Part shown: positions 7,051-15,119 of the stretch, piece by piece
How positions within the stretch are numbered: the first letter of the stretch is position 1
Layout of the letters: every line of letters starts with the position of its first letter
Made by a program: the position numbers and the translations under genes
DNA from: Gemmatimonadota bacterium
Lineage (GTDB): Bacteria; Gemmatimonadota; Gemmatimonadetes; Gemmatimonadales; GWC2-71-9
Assembly: GCA_039591655.1 (NCBI GenBank)
Contig: JBDHDE010000038.1
Location: 1-25,747 of the forward strand
Length of the DNA stretch: 25,747 nucleotides
Direction of reading: 5' to 3'
Notes under the pieces: model-generated
What the model was told of the DNA's origin: nothing
Database searches by the model: none
Seen by the model: only the letters and a program-made list of their open reading frames with translations

Positions 7051-9303
7051 CTAAAACGTCACCTGCACCTCGTCGGAGCACACCGACGTGCCGGCTTCGC
7101 ACAGCCGGTAGTAGTACGTGCCCCGGCTGATGAGATAGTCGGTGTAGAACCCGTCGTTTGCAGTGGTCGCGATGTGGGTGCCGTTGAGATACACGTCCAC
7201 GCCGGTGGACGTGGCGCCGCTCCACCGCAGGTCGATGGCCCACCAGTACCAGAATCTCCGGGGGCTCGCCGTCAACGTGATGACGGGGGCCGGCGGCGCT
7301 TCGACCGTCACGGCCTTGGTCACGTCGCCCCAGGCACCGTCGTCATCGGTCGCCCGGTGGGTCACCATGTAGGTTCCCGCCGCCGGGTAGGTGTACGTCG
7401 GGTTGAACAGCCCGGAGTCCCAGGTCCCGTTGCCGTCATAGTCCCACAGCGACGACGCCACCATGCCGTCGGGGTCGCTGCTCATGTCCGTGAAGCTGCA
7501 GGTCAGACCGTTGCAGCTGTAGGTGAAGTCCGCCGTAGGCGGGATGTTCGGCGGTGGATCGGTGGCGGTGACATCCTGCGTCGCAACATCCGTATCACCG
7601 TCGTCATCCGTCACCGTGAGCGTCACCGTGTAGCTGCCCGCGGCACCGTAGGTGTGACCGGGGCCCTGCTCGCTCGAGGTCCCCCCGTCGCCGAACTCCC
7701 AGCTCCACGCCACCACCTGCCCGTCCAGATCGGTGCTCGTGTCGGCGAAGTCGCACGTCAGGTACGTGCAGCTGGACGTGAATCCCGCCGTGGGCGGTGT
7801 GTTGGGCTGCGGCTCGGTGGCAACGACATCCTGTGTCGCCACGTCAGTATCACCGCCATCGTCCGTCACCGTGAGGGTCACCGTGTAGGTGCCCGGCACC
7901 GCATAGCTGTGGCTGGGGTTCTGCTCGTTCGAGGTCCCTAAGTCCCCTAAGTCCCAGCTCCATGCCACCACCTGGCCGTCGATATCGCTGCTGCCGTCGG
8001 TGAAGACACACGTCAGGTCGGTGCAGTCAGCCGAGAACACGGCGTCGGGCGGCTGGTTCGGCGGGGGCGGGCCGCCGCCGCCGATGAACCCGGTATAGAG
8101 CAGCAGATTGGGTGTCCCCCGGGTGGCGCTGCGGGCGTGCAGGTTGATGCGCCCCTGCGTTGCGTTCCCCGTGAGCGCCTCGGCCACCTGGGCCGGTGTG
8201 GCAGTGGGGTTGGCTGTTAGAAACAGCGCCACGGCACCCGTCACGTGCGGGGTCGCCATGGACGTCCCGGACATGGCGGCGGTGGCGTCGTCGTTGGAGT
8301 AGTACGCAGACGTGATGCCCACCCCCGGCGCCAGCAGGTCCACGCACGTGCCGTAGTTCGAGAAGGAGGCCTCGTCGTCATCGCTCTCGGTGGCCCCCAC
8401 CGTCAGGGCACCGGGTGCTCCGGCCGGGCTTTCATTGCACGCGTTAACCGGGAACCCGAACAGCCAGTGCCCGTTGCCGGCCGCGACCGAGTAGTTCACG
8501 CCGGCGGCCACTGAGGCCTCCACGGCATTGCGCAGCGACTGCACGTTGCCGTAACCCAGGCTCATGTTCACGACTGCGGGGCGCTCGCCGTACTGCGTCA
8601 CCCAGTCCACGGCCGCGATGGCCATGGACGCCTGCCCGCTGCCGGCACAATTGACGACCCGGGCCGCCCAGATCGTGGCGCCCTTCGCCAGGCCGTGGGC
8701 GTCGCCCGCGGCGGTTCCCGCCACGTGGGTGCCGTGGCCGTGGCAATCCTCGGCGCTCCCGTGCCCGTCGTCCACAAAGTCGCCGTTGCTTCCGTTGGGC
8801 ACGAACTGGACGCGACCTCCGAAATCGCTGTGCGTGCTCCGCACGCCGGTGTCGAAGAGGTAGATGTTCGCGCCCGATCCGTCGTTGTTGAAGCTGTAGA
8901 TGTCATCCAGCGGCAGGTCGCGCTCGTCGACCCGGTCGATCCCCCACGACGGCGGGCTCGGCTGGTCGTCGAACAGCTGCACCTCGCGGTCGCGCTCCAC
9001 GTACAGGACGTTGGGATTCCGTCGCAGACCGTTGAGGGCGTCTGGGCGCATGCGCACGGCGAACCCTTTGACGCTCCGCCGGTAGGTCGCGAGCATGCGA
9101 CCGCCGTGCCGCTGATGGAGCGACCAGGCCATTTCCTCCGCATCCATTACGTCGTCCCGGAACACTACGATGTACTGGTCCGGGATCGTCTCGCCCGAGG
9201 CGGCCTCCAGAAGCGGAGCCTGGTACTCGGGCTGGGTTGCGTCTTCGCACGCGGTGAGCGCGAGGCCCACCACGAAGATGAGAACGCCAGAGCGTCGTTT
9301 CAT
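7051..9303 (-). CDS. Subtilisin-family S8 serine protease (aqualysin/proteinase K-like) lipoprotein with I9 propeptide, 3 PKD domains and a small C-terminal beta domain
   Basis: Catalytic FDTG, HGTHVAG, AAGN, GTSMATPHV. I9 prodomain IPDQYIVVF..YVERD. Lipobox LTAC. Three PKD repeats. ATG 9303 has a GAGGAG RBS and is preferred over the TTG at 9330. Confidence 0.95.
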   Translation of the reverse strand: MKRRSGVLIFVVGLALTACEDATQPEYQAPLLEAASGETIPDQYIVVFRDDVMDAEEMAWSLHQRHGGRMLATYRRSVKGFAVRMRPDALNGLRRNPNVLYVERDREVQLFDDQPSPPSWGIDRVDERDLPLDDIYSFNNDGSGANIYLFDTGVRSTHSDFGGRVQFVPNGSNGDFVDDGHGSAEDCHGHGTHVAGTAAGDAHGLAKGATIWAARVVNCAGSGQASMAIAAVDWVTQYGERPAVVNMSLGYGNVQSLRNAVEASVAAGVNYSVAAGNGHWLFGFPVNACNESPAGAPGALTVGATESDDDEASFSNYGTCVDLLAPGVGITSAYYSNDDATAAMSGTSMATPHVTGAVALFLTANPTATPAQVAEALTGNATQGRINLHARSATRGTPNLLLYTGFIGGGGPPPPNQPPDAVFSADCTDLTCVFTDGSSDIDGQVVAWSWDLGDLGTSNEQNPSHSYAVPGTYTVTLTVTDDGGDTDVATQDVVATEPQPNTPPTAGFTSSCTYLTCDFADTSTDLDGQVVAWSWEFGDGGTSSEQGPGHTYGAAGSYTVTLTVTDDDGDTDVATQDVTATDPPPNIPPTADFTYSCNGLTCSFTDMSSDPDGMVASSLWDYDGNGTWDSGLFNPTYTYPAAGTYMVTHRATDDDGAWGDVTKAVTVEAPPAPVITLTASPRRFWYWWAIDLRWSGATSTGVDVYLNGTHIATTANDGFYTDYLISRGTYYYRLCEAGTSVCSDEVQVTF
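7295..8060 (-). repeat. Three tandem PKD-domain repeats within the S8 gene
   Basis: N(Q/T/I)PP-x-A-x-F..C..LTC-x-F-x-D-x-S-x-D-x-DG..W..YTVTLTVTDD repeated three times; boundaries approximate. Confidence 0.88.
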
Positions 9304-9612
9304 CTGACGGCTCCTCGGTAAGGAGATCAAGGAAGGCGGTACTGCAGCTACGCTCCGGTGCGCTCACGCAACCCCAAGGCAGGCATCACCGTCACGGCAG
9401 TGACCAACGCCCGAAGCGTTCCTCGTGCGCTAAGGTTGAATCGGCAGGCCACCCTCGCCAGACCTCAGGTGGGGCAGCGACCTACGGATTTGGGACATTC
9501 GCGGGCTGGGGAGGGGCGCAGAGGCGCCGTGACGCCCCAGTCGGAAGTTGCGCGGCCCGGCCGGGAGCCCTAAGGGCTTGTTGGTGCGGAGGTTACACTG
9601 GAGACGGCGGCG

Positions 9613-10053
9613 TCACTGTACCACGAACGACAGCGTGTCCTCGGATGCCTGGGTGAGGATGTCGATGGCGAGAACCGAGAAGTACACCGTCCCGATGCCC
9701 GAGGCGTCAGTGGGGATGGGGAAGCCGGCCTGGAGCACCGTGTCCAGGGGATGCATCGTGGGAAAACCGAAACTGATCGATCCCGAAACCGTGGCGGTCA
9801 CCGAGGCAATGGCCGAATGGTCCGTCACGCGCACTGACACGAGCACCGTGGACCCCGCGGACACCGTGGTGTCTGCGCTCGGGGAGAGAAACTCGATCAC
9901 AGGGGGAGCCGTATCGAGGCCGCCACCCCCAGGCCCCGGGTTGAAGGGTCGGGTGGGCTCGCCGCAGGCGGCAGCCAGGAAGGCAACGATGGCGACGGAG
10001 CCACCTCCCAGAATCGCGCGCCCGCGCACCGCGCAGCGATGCGGCAGTGCCAT
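9613..10053 (-). CDS. Small lipoprotein with a bacterial Ig-like domain
   Basis: Lipobox FLAAAC, Gly/Pro linker, then DTAPPVIEFLSP..VSVRVTDHSAIASV..VLAID (Big-type beta sandwich). Confidence 0.7.
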   Translation of the reverse strand: MALPHRCAVRGRAILGGGSVAIVAFLAAACGEPTRPFNPGPGGGGLDTAPPVIEFLSPSADTTVSAGSTVLVSVRVTDHSAIASVTATVSGSISFGFPTMHPLDTVLQAGFPIPTDASGIGTVYFSVLAIDILTQASEDTLSFVVQ

Positions 10054-10181
10054 GTGCTGAAGATTGCGACGGCGGCCGGTGGGACACCAGGCTTAAGCGC
10101 CCCCGCGGCCATTGGACCGCGAGGGCGCCCTCTCGATGCTCGCTCGCGCCGCTCCGCACCGGCTGCGGCAGCGGCGGCGAC

Positions 10182-11033
10182 TCAATCCCGGATGGGCCGC
10201 TCAGCCGCGGTGATCTCCACCGTGCGCGAGCTGCCGTCCCGCTCGACGGTCAGGCGAAGCGTCTCTCCCGGGCGCACCCGGGTGAGGCGCGCTGCGCCTT
10301 CCTCCTCCGTCACAGGGAAGCCGTCCACCGCAGTAATAATGTCACCGGCTCTCAGGCCGGCCTGCCAGGCAGGGCCGTCCTCTGCCACCGCCGTGACCTC
10401 CGGTGGCTCTTCGAAGTCCCACACCTTCGCCTCGGCGTCGACGTGTACGGTGCAGCGGCAGCTGAACGCGAGCCCGAACCACCCCTCGGGAAGCAGCCGT
10501 ATCAACCGGACATGGTGCCGCTGCTCTGGGTGCTCCGGATTCTGAATGACGACGTCCACATCTTCCGGAATGGAGATGGCGTGCTCGCGCTTCTCGCACT
10601 CCTGCCCCGCCTGAATCTCGACGGTGCGCTCGCGTCCATCGCGCCGCACCACAAGGGTCACGGTCTCGTCGGGACCCACCATCGACCAGCGATCGCCACC
10701 CTCGGCGCTAGTGATGAGGTGCCCTTCGATGGACACGATCCTGTCGTCCGGCTCGAGCTTGCCGTCAGCCGGTCCGCCCTCCTGGACCTCCAGGACGACC
10801 GGCTCGGCGTCGAAGCTCCAGATCCACCGTCCGTCCTTGGACGACTGGGTGCAGGGACCGCAGGCGAGCGCCTTGATGCCGAGCGCCCCCACGGCCACCT
10901 CCTGCTCGCCGCAGGCCTCCAGGTGCTCCTGATGTCGGCCTTCCCGGTGCTCGCGCTCCTGGCCGTACGCTGAAGCACCAACGGCCACGAGCATGACCAC
11001 GAGCGGCGCGACGATCTTCGTTCCTGACTTCAT
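10182..11033 (-). CDS. Secreted tandem-PDZ protein without a protease domain
   Basis: ATG 11033 (MKSGTK..) with GGGGAGGA RBS and a signal peptide. Two PDZ units: V..V.EGGPA.GKL..DDRIVSIEG and VTAVAEDGPAWQAGLRAGDIITAVDG..LTVERDG. Confidence 0.85.
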   Translation of the reverse strand: MKSGTKIVAPLVVMLVAVGASAYGQEREHREGRHQEHLEACGEQEVAVGALGIKALACGPCTQSSKDGRWIWSFDAEPVVLEVQEGGPADGKLEPDDRIVSIEGHLITSAEGGDRWSMVGPDETVTLVVRRDGRERTVEIQAGQECEKREHAISIPEDVDVVIQNPEHPEQRHHVRLIRLLPEGWFGLAFSCRCTVHVDAEAKVWDFEEPPEVTAVAEDGPAWQAGLRAGDIITAVDGFPVTEEEGAARLTRVRPGETLRLTVERDGSSRTVEITAAERPIRD

Positions 11034-11079
11034 CTGTTCCTCCCCAGCTGACCGAGCGGGACTCTCACCCGCGCGGACG

Positions 11080-11640
11080 TTAGAACCAAACAACCCACGG
11101 TTCGTCGGCAGGGCCCCGAATCGCACTCGCATCTTCGACAGGTTGAACCGCGGCCAGGAGCAGCGCCGGAGTGGGATCGCTGGGATCGAGCTGCGTGAGC
11201 GCCTCGAGCGACGCACGCAGCGCCGCCAGCGACACGTCGCGTGCTAGCGCGACGTCCCGCGGCTCGGCAGACTGCACCGCTGCGGCCAACTCGCGGATCG
11301 CCGCAGCGTGGGCCGAGCCGGTGCGTTGCACGTAGGCCGCCGTTTCCCTCGGGTTCCCATCGGGCGACGGCGCCAGCACCACGACCGCCGAGGTGGACCC
11401 TAAACGGTGCCCCAGCGCGGTTCCGACCGCGAAGATCACCAGCGCGGCCGCCACGCCGACCCACGACATCCAAACCGGCCGATGTTGCCCCTCGCCCCAG
11501 CGCGGAGCGATGAGCCCGCGCCGCTTCAGCGCACTGACGGTCCACTCCTCGAGCTCGGCCGAGGGCTCCCGCTCCTTGGGCAGCGCATCCAGCGCATCGC
11601 GGAGCTCGGGAGACAATCCGTTGGGATCCTGCTCAGTCAT
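11080..11640 (-). CDS. Putative anti-sigma-like single-pass membrane protein
   Basis: Overlaps the ECF stop by 8 nt. Short cytoplasmic N-terminus (ALPKEREPSAELEE), one TM helix (WVGVAAALVIFAVGTALG) and a helical C-terminus. Confidence 0.65.
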   Translation of the reverse strand: MTEQDPNGLSPELRDALDALPKEREPSAELEEWTVSALKRRGLIAPRWGEGQHRPVWMSWVGVAAALVIFAVGTALGHRLGSTSAVVVLAPSPDGNPRETAAYVQRTGSAHAAAIRELAAAVQSAEPRDVALARDVSLAALRASLEALTQLDPSDPTPALLLAAVQPVEDASAIRGPADEPWVVWF

Positions 11641-12205
11641 TGCTCCTCCTCAGCCGTTGCGGTGCTCCTCCGTCGTACAGCGCGTGCGCCTGCTTCCTGG
11701 CGGCGGAGAGCTGGCTCTTCGAGGTGCCCTCCGCGATTCCCAGCATCCCGCCGATCTCGCCGTGCGTGTAGCCCTCCAGATCGTGCAGCAGCAAGACCGC
11801 TCGCTGTCCGTCGGGGAGGTGCGCCAGGACGCACTCGAGATCCATCCGCTCCTCGTGCGAGAGCGCCGGCGTGGGCGTTTCCGGCTCCACGGCCTCGAGG
11901 AACCCGCGCCACCGCCCCAGCTTGCGCAGGTGCATGCGAGCTACGTTGAGGCCGATGCCGGTGAGCCACGTGCCGAGGCGAGCTTCACCGCGGAACCCGG
12001 GGAGACCCTCTACGGCCCGGATCCACGTCTCCTGGACCACGTCTTCGGCATCTTCGGCGGCCCCGCCGAGCACCCGCATCACGAACTGCAGCAGCCGCGG
12101 TGTGTGCCGGCTATACAGCTCCCGAAAGGCCGCCTCACTCCCGCCCTCCCGCAGCACGTCGACCAGCTCCTGGTCGGTTGCCGGGACCCTGCCGGTACCG
12201 TGCAT
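11633..12205 (-). CDS. ECF-type RNA polymerase sigma-70 factor
   Basis: Region 2 AFRELYSRH..AEDVVQETWIRA..FRGEARLGTWLTGI and region 4 LPDGQRAVLLLHDLEGYTHGEIGGMLGIAEGTSKSQL. Start ATG 12205 is preferred over 12421. Confidence 0.93.
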   Translation of the reverse strand: MHGTGRVPATDQELVDVLREGGSEAAFRELYSRHTPRLLQFVMRVLGGAAEDAEDVVQETWIRAVEGLPGFRGEARLGTWLTGIGLNVARMHLRKLGRWRGFLEAVEPETPTPALSHEERMDLECVLAHLPDGQRAVLLLHDLEGYTHGEIGGMLGIAEGTSKSQLSAARKQAHALYDGGAPQRLRRSND

Positions 12206-12419
12206 CTCAGTCCTTAGTGGCTCTAGGGAGGCAAATGGTTGGGTGGGAATCTCGCACGCGACAATCGGGGTGCAAGCGGCCGCCACGGAGCACCCGGCCG
12301 GCGCACGGGAATCGGCCTGGGCCGCCGGCCGCACTTGAGGCTGCGTGGTGCTGCCCCCATCTTGCGGACCGCACTCCCACCACCCGCGCCGCTCCCGCCG
12401 GAGCGTCTGGAGATCGACC

Positions 12420-12851
12420 ATGCCCGTTGCAGCACCGGGGGACAGCGTGAAGGTGCACTACACGGGGAAGCTCGACGACGGCACCGTCTTCGACTCATCC
12501 AGGGATCGCGACCCGATCGAGTTCACCATCGGCTCGCGCAAGCTCATTCCGGGCTTCGAGGATGGCGTAGTGGGACTCGGCGTCGGCGACCAAAGGACCG
12601 TCTCCATCGAGCCAGAGGACGGCTACGGCAAGCACGACGAGGCGAAGGTGATCACCGTGGACCGGGAGGAGATCTCCGACAAGCTCGATCTGCGGCCCGG
12701 AATGATGGTGCAGGCAACGATGCCGCAGGGCACCGTGGCGTTCCTGGTGCTCGATGCCAATCCGGAGCAGGTGACACTCGACACAAACCACCCGCTTGCC
12801 GGCAAGCGGCTCCACTTCGAACTCGAGTTGGTGGCGATCACAGGCTCGTAA
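12420..12851 (+). CDS. FKBP-type peptidyl-prolyl isomerase, SlyD/SlpA-like (insert-in-flap domain, no His-rich tail)
   Basis: GDSVKVHYTGKLDDGTVFDSS..LIPGFEDG..YG..LDTNHPLAGKRLHFE; ATG 12420 with GGAG RBS. Confidence 0.93.
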   Translation: MPVAAPGDSVKVHYTGKLDDGTVFDSSRDRDPIEFTIGSRKLIPGFEDGVVGLGVGDQRTVSIEPEDGYGKHDEAKVITVDREEISDKLDLRPGMMVQATMPQGTVAFLVLDANPEQVTLDTNHPLAGKRLHFELELVAITGS

Positions 12852-12958
12852 GTGTGGGGGCGCGGCCCTACCGCACCAGCTCAGCGATCGGATCGACTGA
12901 GACCGCGAGCCTCAGGACGCGAGGCCACGACCGGCCCGACCAGGGAGGGCCGTCCGGT

Positions 12959-13405
12959 TTAGGTGGGAGCCTGGGTGTAGCGCGACCTATCGCCCTGGCA
13001 TTCACCCCACGGCGGCTCGTTGGAGACGTAGAACCGCACTTCCAGCAGGCTGTAGAGCTGCTGCACCAGCTCTATCAGCACTGTCCGCTCGTCGGCTGGG
13101 AGACCCTGCAGATCGATCTCCCCTACGGCCATGGCCCCATCCGGGAAACGTGCGGCGAGGCTCTCGACCGCAGCACCCGACTCCGGCAGGTACAGGCCGA
13201 CAATGTGATCCGCGGCGAGGAACCGCTCGGCGAACTCCTCTGCCTGCGATCGCCTCTCCTCGGGCCACGGGCCCGCCACCAAGACGAGCTTCTTAAGGGA
13301 CTGCTGCGCGGGGGACCGCCGTTCCGGGGCGCACGCGACGGCGTACCCCAGCGGCAGGGACATCAGGACCTGGATGAACTCGCGACGCTTCAGCTCGTAG
13401 CTCAT
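12959..13405 (-). CDS. Tat-signal small subunit of the adjacent GMC dehydrogenase (gamma/subunit-3-like, putative)
   Basis: MSYELKRREFIQVL twin-arginine motif followed by AVAC; ATGA overlap with the GMC stop; 148 aa. Confidence 0.6.
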   Translation of the reverse strand: MSYELKRREFIQVLMSLPLGYAVACAPERRSPAQQSLKKLVLVAGPWPEERRSQAEEFAERFLAADHIVGLYLPESGAAVESLAARFPDGAMAVGEIDLQGLPADERTVLIELVQQLYSLLEVRFYVSNEPPWGECQGDRSRYTQAPT

Positions 13406-15012
13406 GAGGCCCTCCCCTCGAGATGCTCCGCCAGGCGCAGCGCCAGGGCGACGACGGTCAACGTCGGCGGGTTGGCTCCCATGTGAGGGAACACCGAGTT
13501 GCTCACCAGGTGCAGGTTGTCGAGTCCGAACACCTTGAGGTCTGCATCGCACACGCCTTCGTCGGGCGACTCGGCCATGGCCGTGGCACCGGACGGGTGA
13601 TAGCCAAGCCCGACGTCCGGCGGAGTGATCTCCGAAACGCGTACCGCGCCCATGGCTTCGGCGACCCGGGGCGCCAGCTCGCCCATCTTGGCAGGAGCCC
13701 GGCGGTCCCAATCGGTCAGGGTCATTGTAATCTTGGCGACCGGCGAGCCGAACGCGTCCACCTTGGTCTCATCCAACTCGAGCACGCCGTTGCCGCCGAG
13801 CTCCACCATGCCCGAGAGCGTGGCCATGCGGGGGATGCTCTCCCGCAGCGCATCCAACGAGAGCGTGCCACTCTCCGTCGCCCACATGGCCGCCTCGATC
13901 CCGATCGGGAACCAGTCCATCGCGGGTGACGCGAGCATCCAGAAGGTGTTCTCCTCGCGCCTGTCGACGTTGACGCGGAAGTGGTCGGTGGCCACCGTCT
14001 CGAACCCGAGGCGGCTACCGGCATGCCGTCCCAGGTCGAGCGTGACGTAGGGGTGCACGTGGTCGCTGAACCGGCGGCCCAGCTGCCCGCCCACGTTTCC
14101 CAGGCCGGCGCTGTGGCTGCCGCCGTCCGCCGAAAGCAGCAGCAGACGCGGGGTCTCGACGCCGCCCAGCGCCACCACGAAGCTCTCCGCACGAACAACC
14201 ACCTCCGTGCGATCCTCCACGCGCAGTGCGTGCGCCGCCGTAATGCGATCGCCCGTCGGACTCGTCCCCAGCCGCCGCACGCTCACGCCCGGCAGAATCG
14301 TCACGTTCTCCTGCCCCTCGATCATCGGGATGTGCACCCGGTCCGGTGAGTACCGCGCACCCGAGGGGCAGAACTTGCAGGCGCGGCACGCCAGGCACTC
14401 CGAGCGCCCGCGGTACGGCTGCGAGGCGATCCCGCGGGGACAGGTGTGCGCAGTGATGCCCAGGCGCCGCATGGCCGGGCCGAAGATCTCGCGGTCGAAG
14501 TAGGAGAAGTCGTGACCCGGCATGGGAAACGGACCGGAGCGGGGCGACGCGTAGGGGTTGTCGTCGCTGCCCGCCACGCCGACTTCCTGCTCGGCCCTGA
14601 GCAGCCACGGCTCGAGCTCGGCGTAGCCGATGGGCCAATCGCGTCCCACGCCGTACAGCGACCGCATCCTGAGGTCGTCGGCGCGGGGGCGGCCCATGAT
14701 CGCTTCGAAGTGCAGTGCCGTTCCGCCGATGCCGAACTGCCGCCAGGCCATCCAGTCGACGACCTGTCCTTCCGCCTCGGCCGAGCTGTACGGGGTGACC
14801 GAACCGGCAGACGCATCGTCGTTGTAGTCGGCGTAGTCGTTCAGCGTCTCGACGCCGCGGCGCAGCATGGCTGCGCGATCGGCCTCCGAGTAGCGGGGGC
14901 CCTGGTCCAGCAGCACGATCTGCTTGCCGCTGCCGGCCAGCTTGGCGGCGAGCACGGCACCGGCGGGGCCGGCGCCGACGATGCAGTAGTCAGCGCGGAT
15001 CTCTTGGGTCAT
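13402..15012 (-). CDS. GMC-family FAD oxidoreductase (sugar dehydrogenase large-subunit type)
   Basis: ADYCIVGAGPAG FAD motif, GIGGTALHF, DWPIGYAELEPW, ETPRLLLLS, catalytic YHPSGA and ANPPTLT, Cys motif CLACRACKFCP. Start ATG 15012 (alternative TTG 15045). Confidence 0.93.
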   Translation of the reverse strand: MTQEIRADYCIVGAGPAGAVLAAKLAGSGKQIVLLDQGPRYSEADRAAMLRRGVETLNDYADYNDDASAGSVTPYSSAEAEGQVVDWMAWRQFGIGGTALHFEAIMGRPRADDLRMRSLYGVGRDWPIGYAELEPWLLRAEQEVGVAGSDDNPYASPRSGPFPMPGHDFSYFDREIFGPAMRRLGITAHTCPRGIASQPYRGRSECLACRACKFCPSGARYSPDRVHIPMIEGQENVTILPGVSVRRLGTSPTGDRITAAHALRVEDRTEVVVRAESFVVALGGVETPRLLLLSADGGSHSAGLGNVGGQLGRRFSDHVHPYVTLDLGRHAGSRLGFETVATDHFRVNVDRREENTFWMLASPAMDWFPIGIEAAMWATESGTLSLDALRESIPRMATLSGMVELGGNGVLELDETKVDAFGSPVAKITMTLTDWDRRAPAKMGELAPRVAEAMGAVRVSEITPPDVGLGYHPSGATAMAESPDEGVCDADLKVFGLDNLHLVSNSVFPHMGANPPTLTVVALALRLAEHLEGRAS

Positions 15013-15119
15013 GGGCTCACTTAGCTTACTAGGGGTCGGGATCAAGCGGCGTCAGATTCCTCATGCCGCGGGCTGCTTGGCCGCTGATGCCGACAAAGCA
15101 ACGCTGCCGGGCTCTGTGA

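Noticed and set aside
5813..7054. 413-aa plus-strand ORF and the 340-aa alternative-frame ORF 5904..6926
   Set aside because: They overlap the CsgG-fold gene, which has clear domains; stop-poor frames are expected at high GC
12239..13486. 415-aa plus-strand ORF
   Set aside because: Off-frame over the FKBP gene and antisense to the Tat subunit; no recognisable protein features
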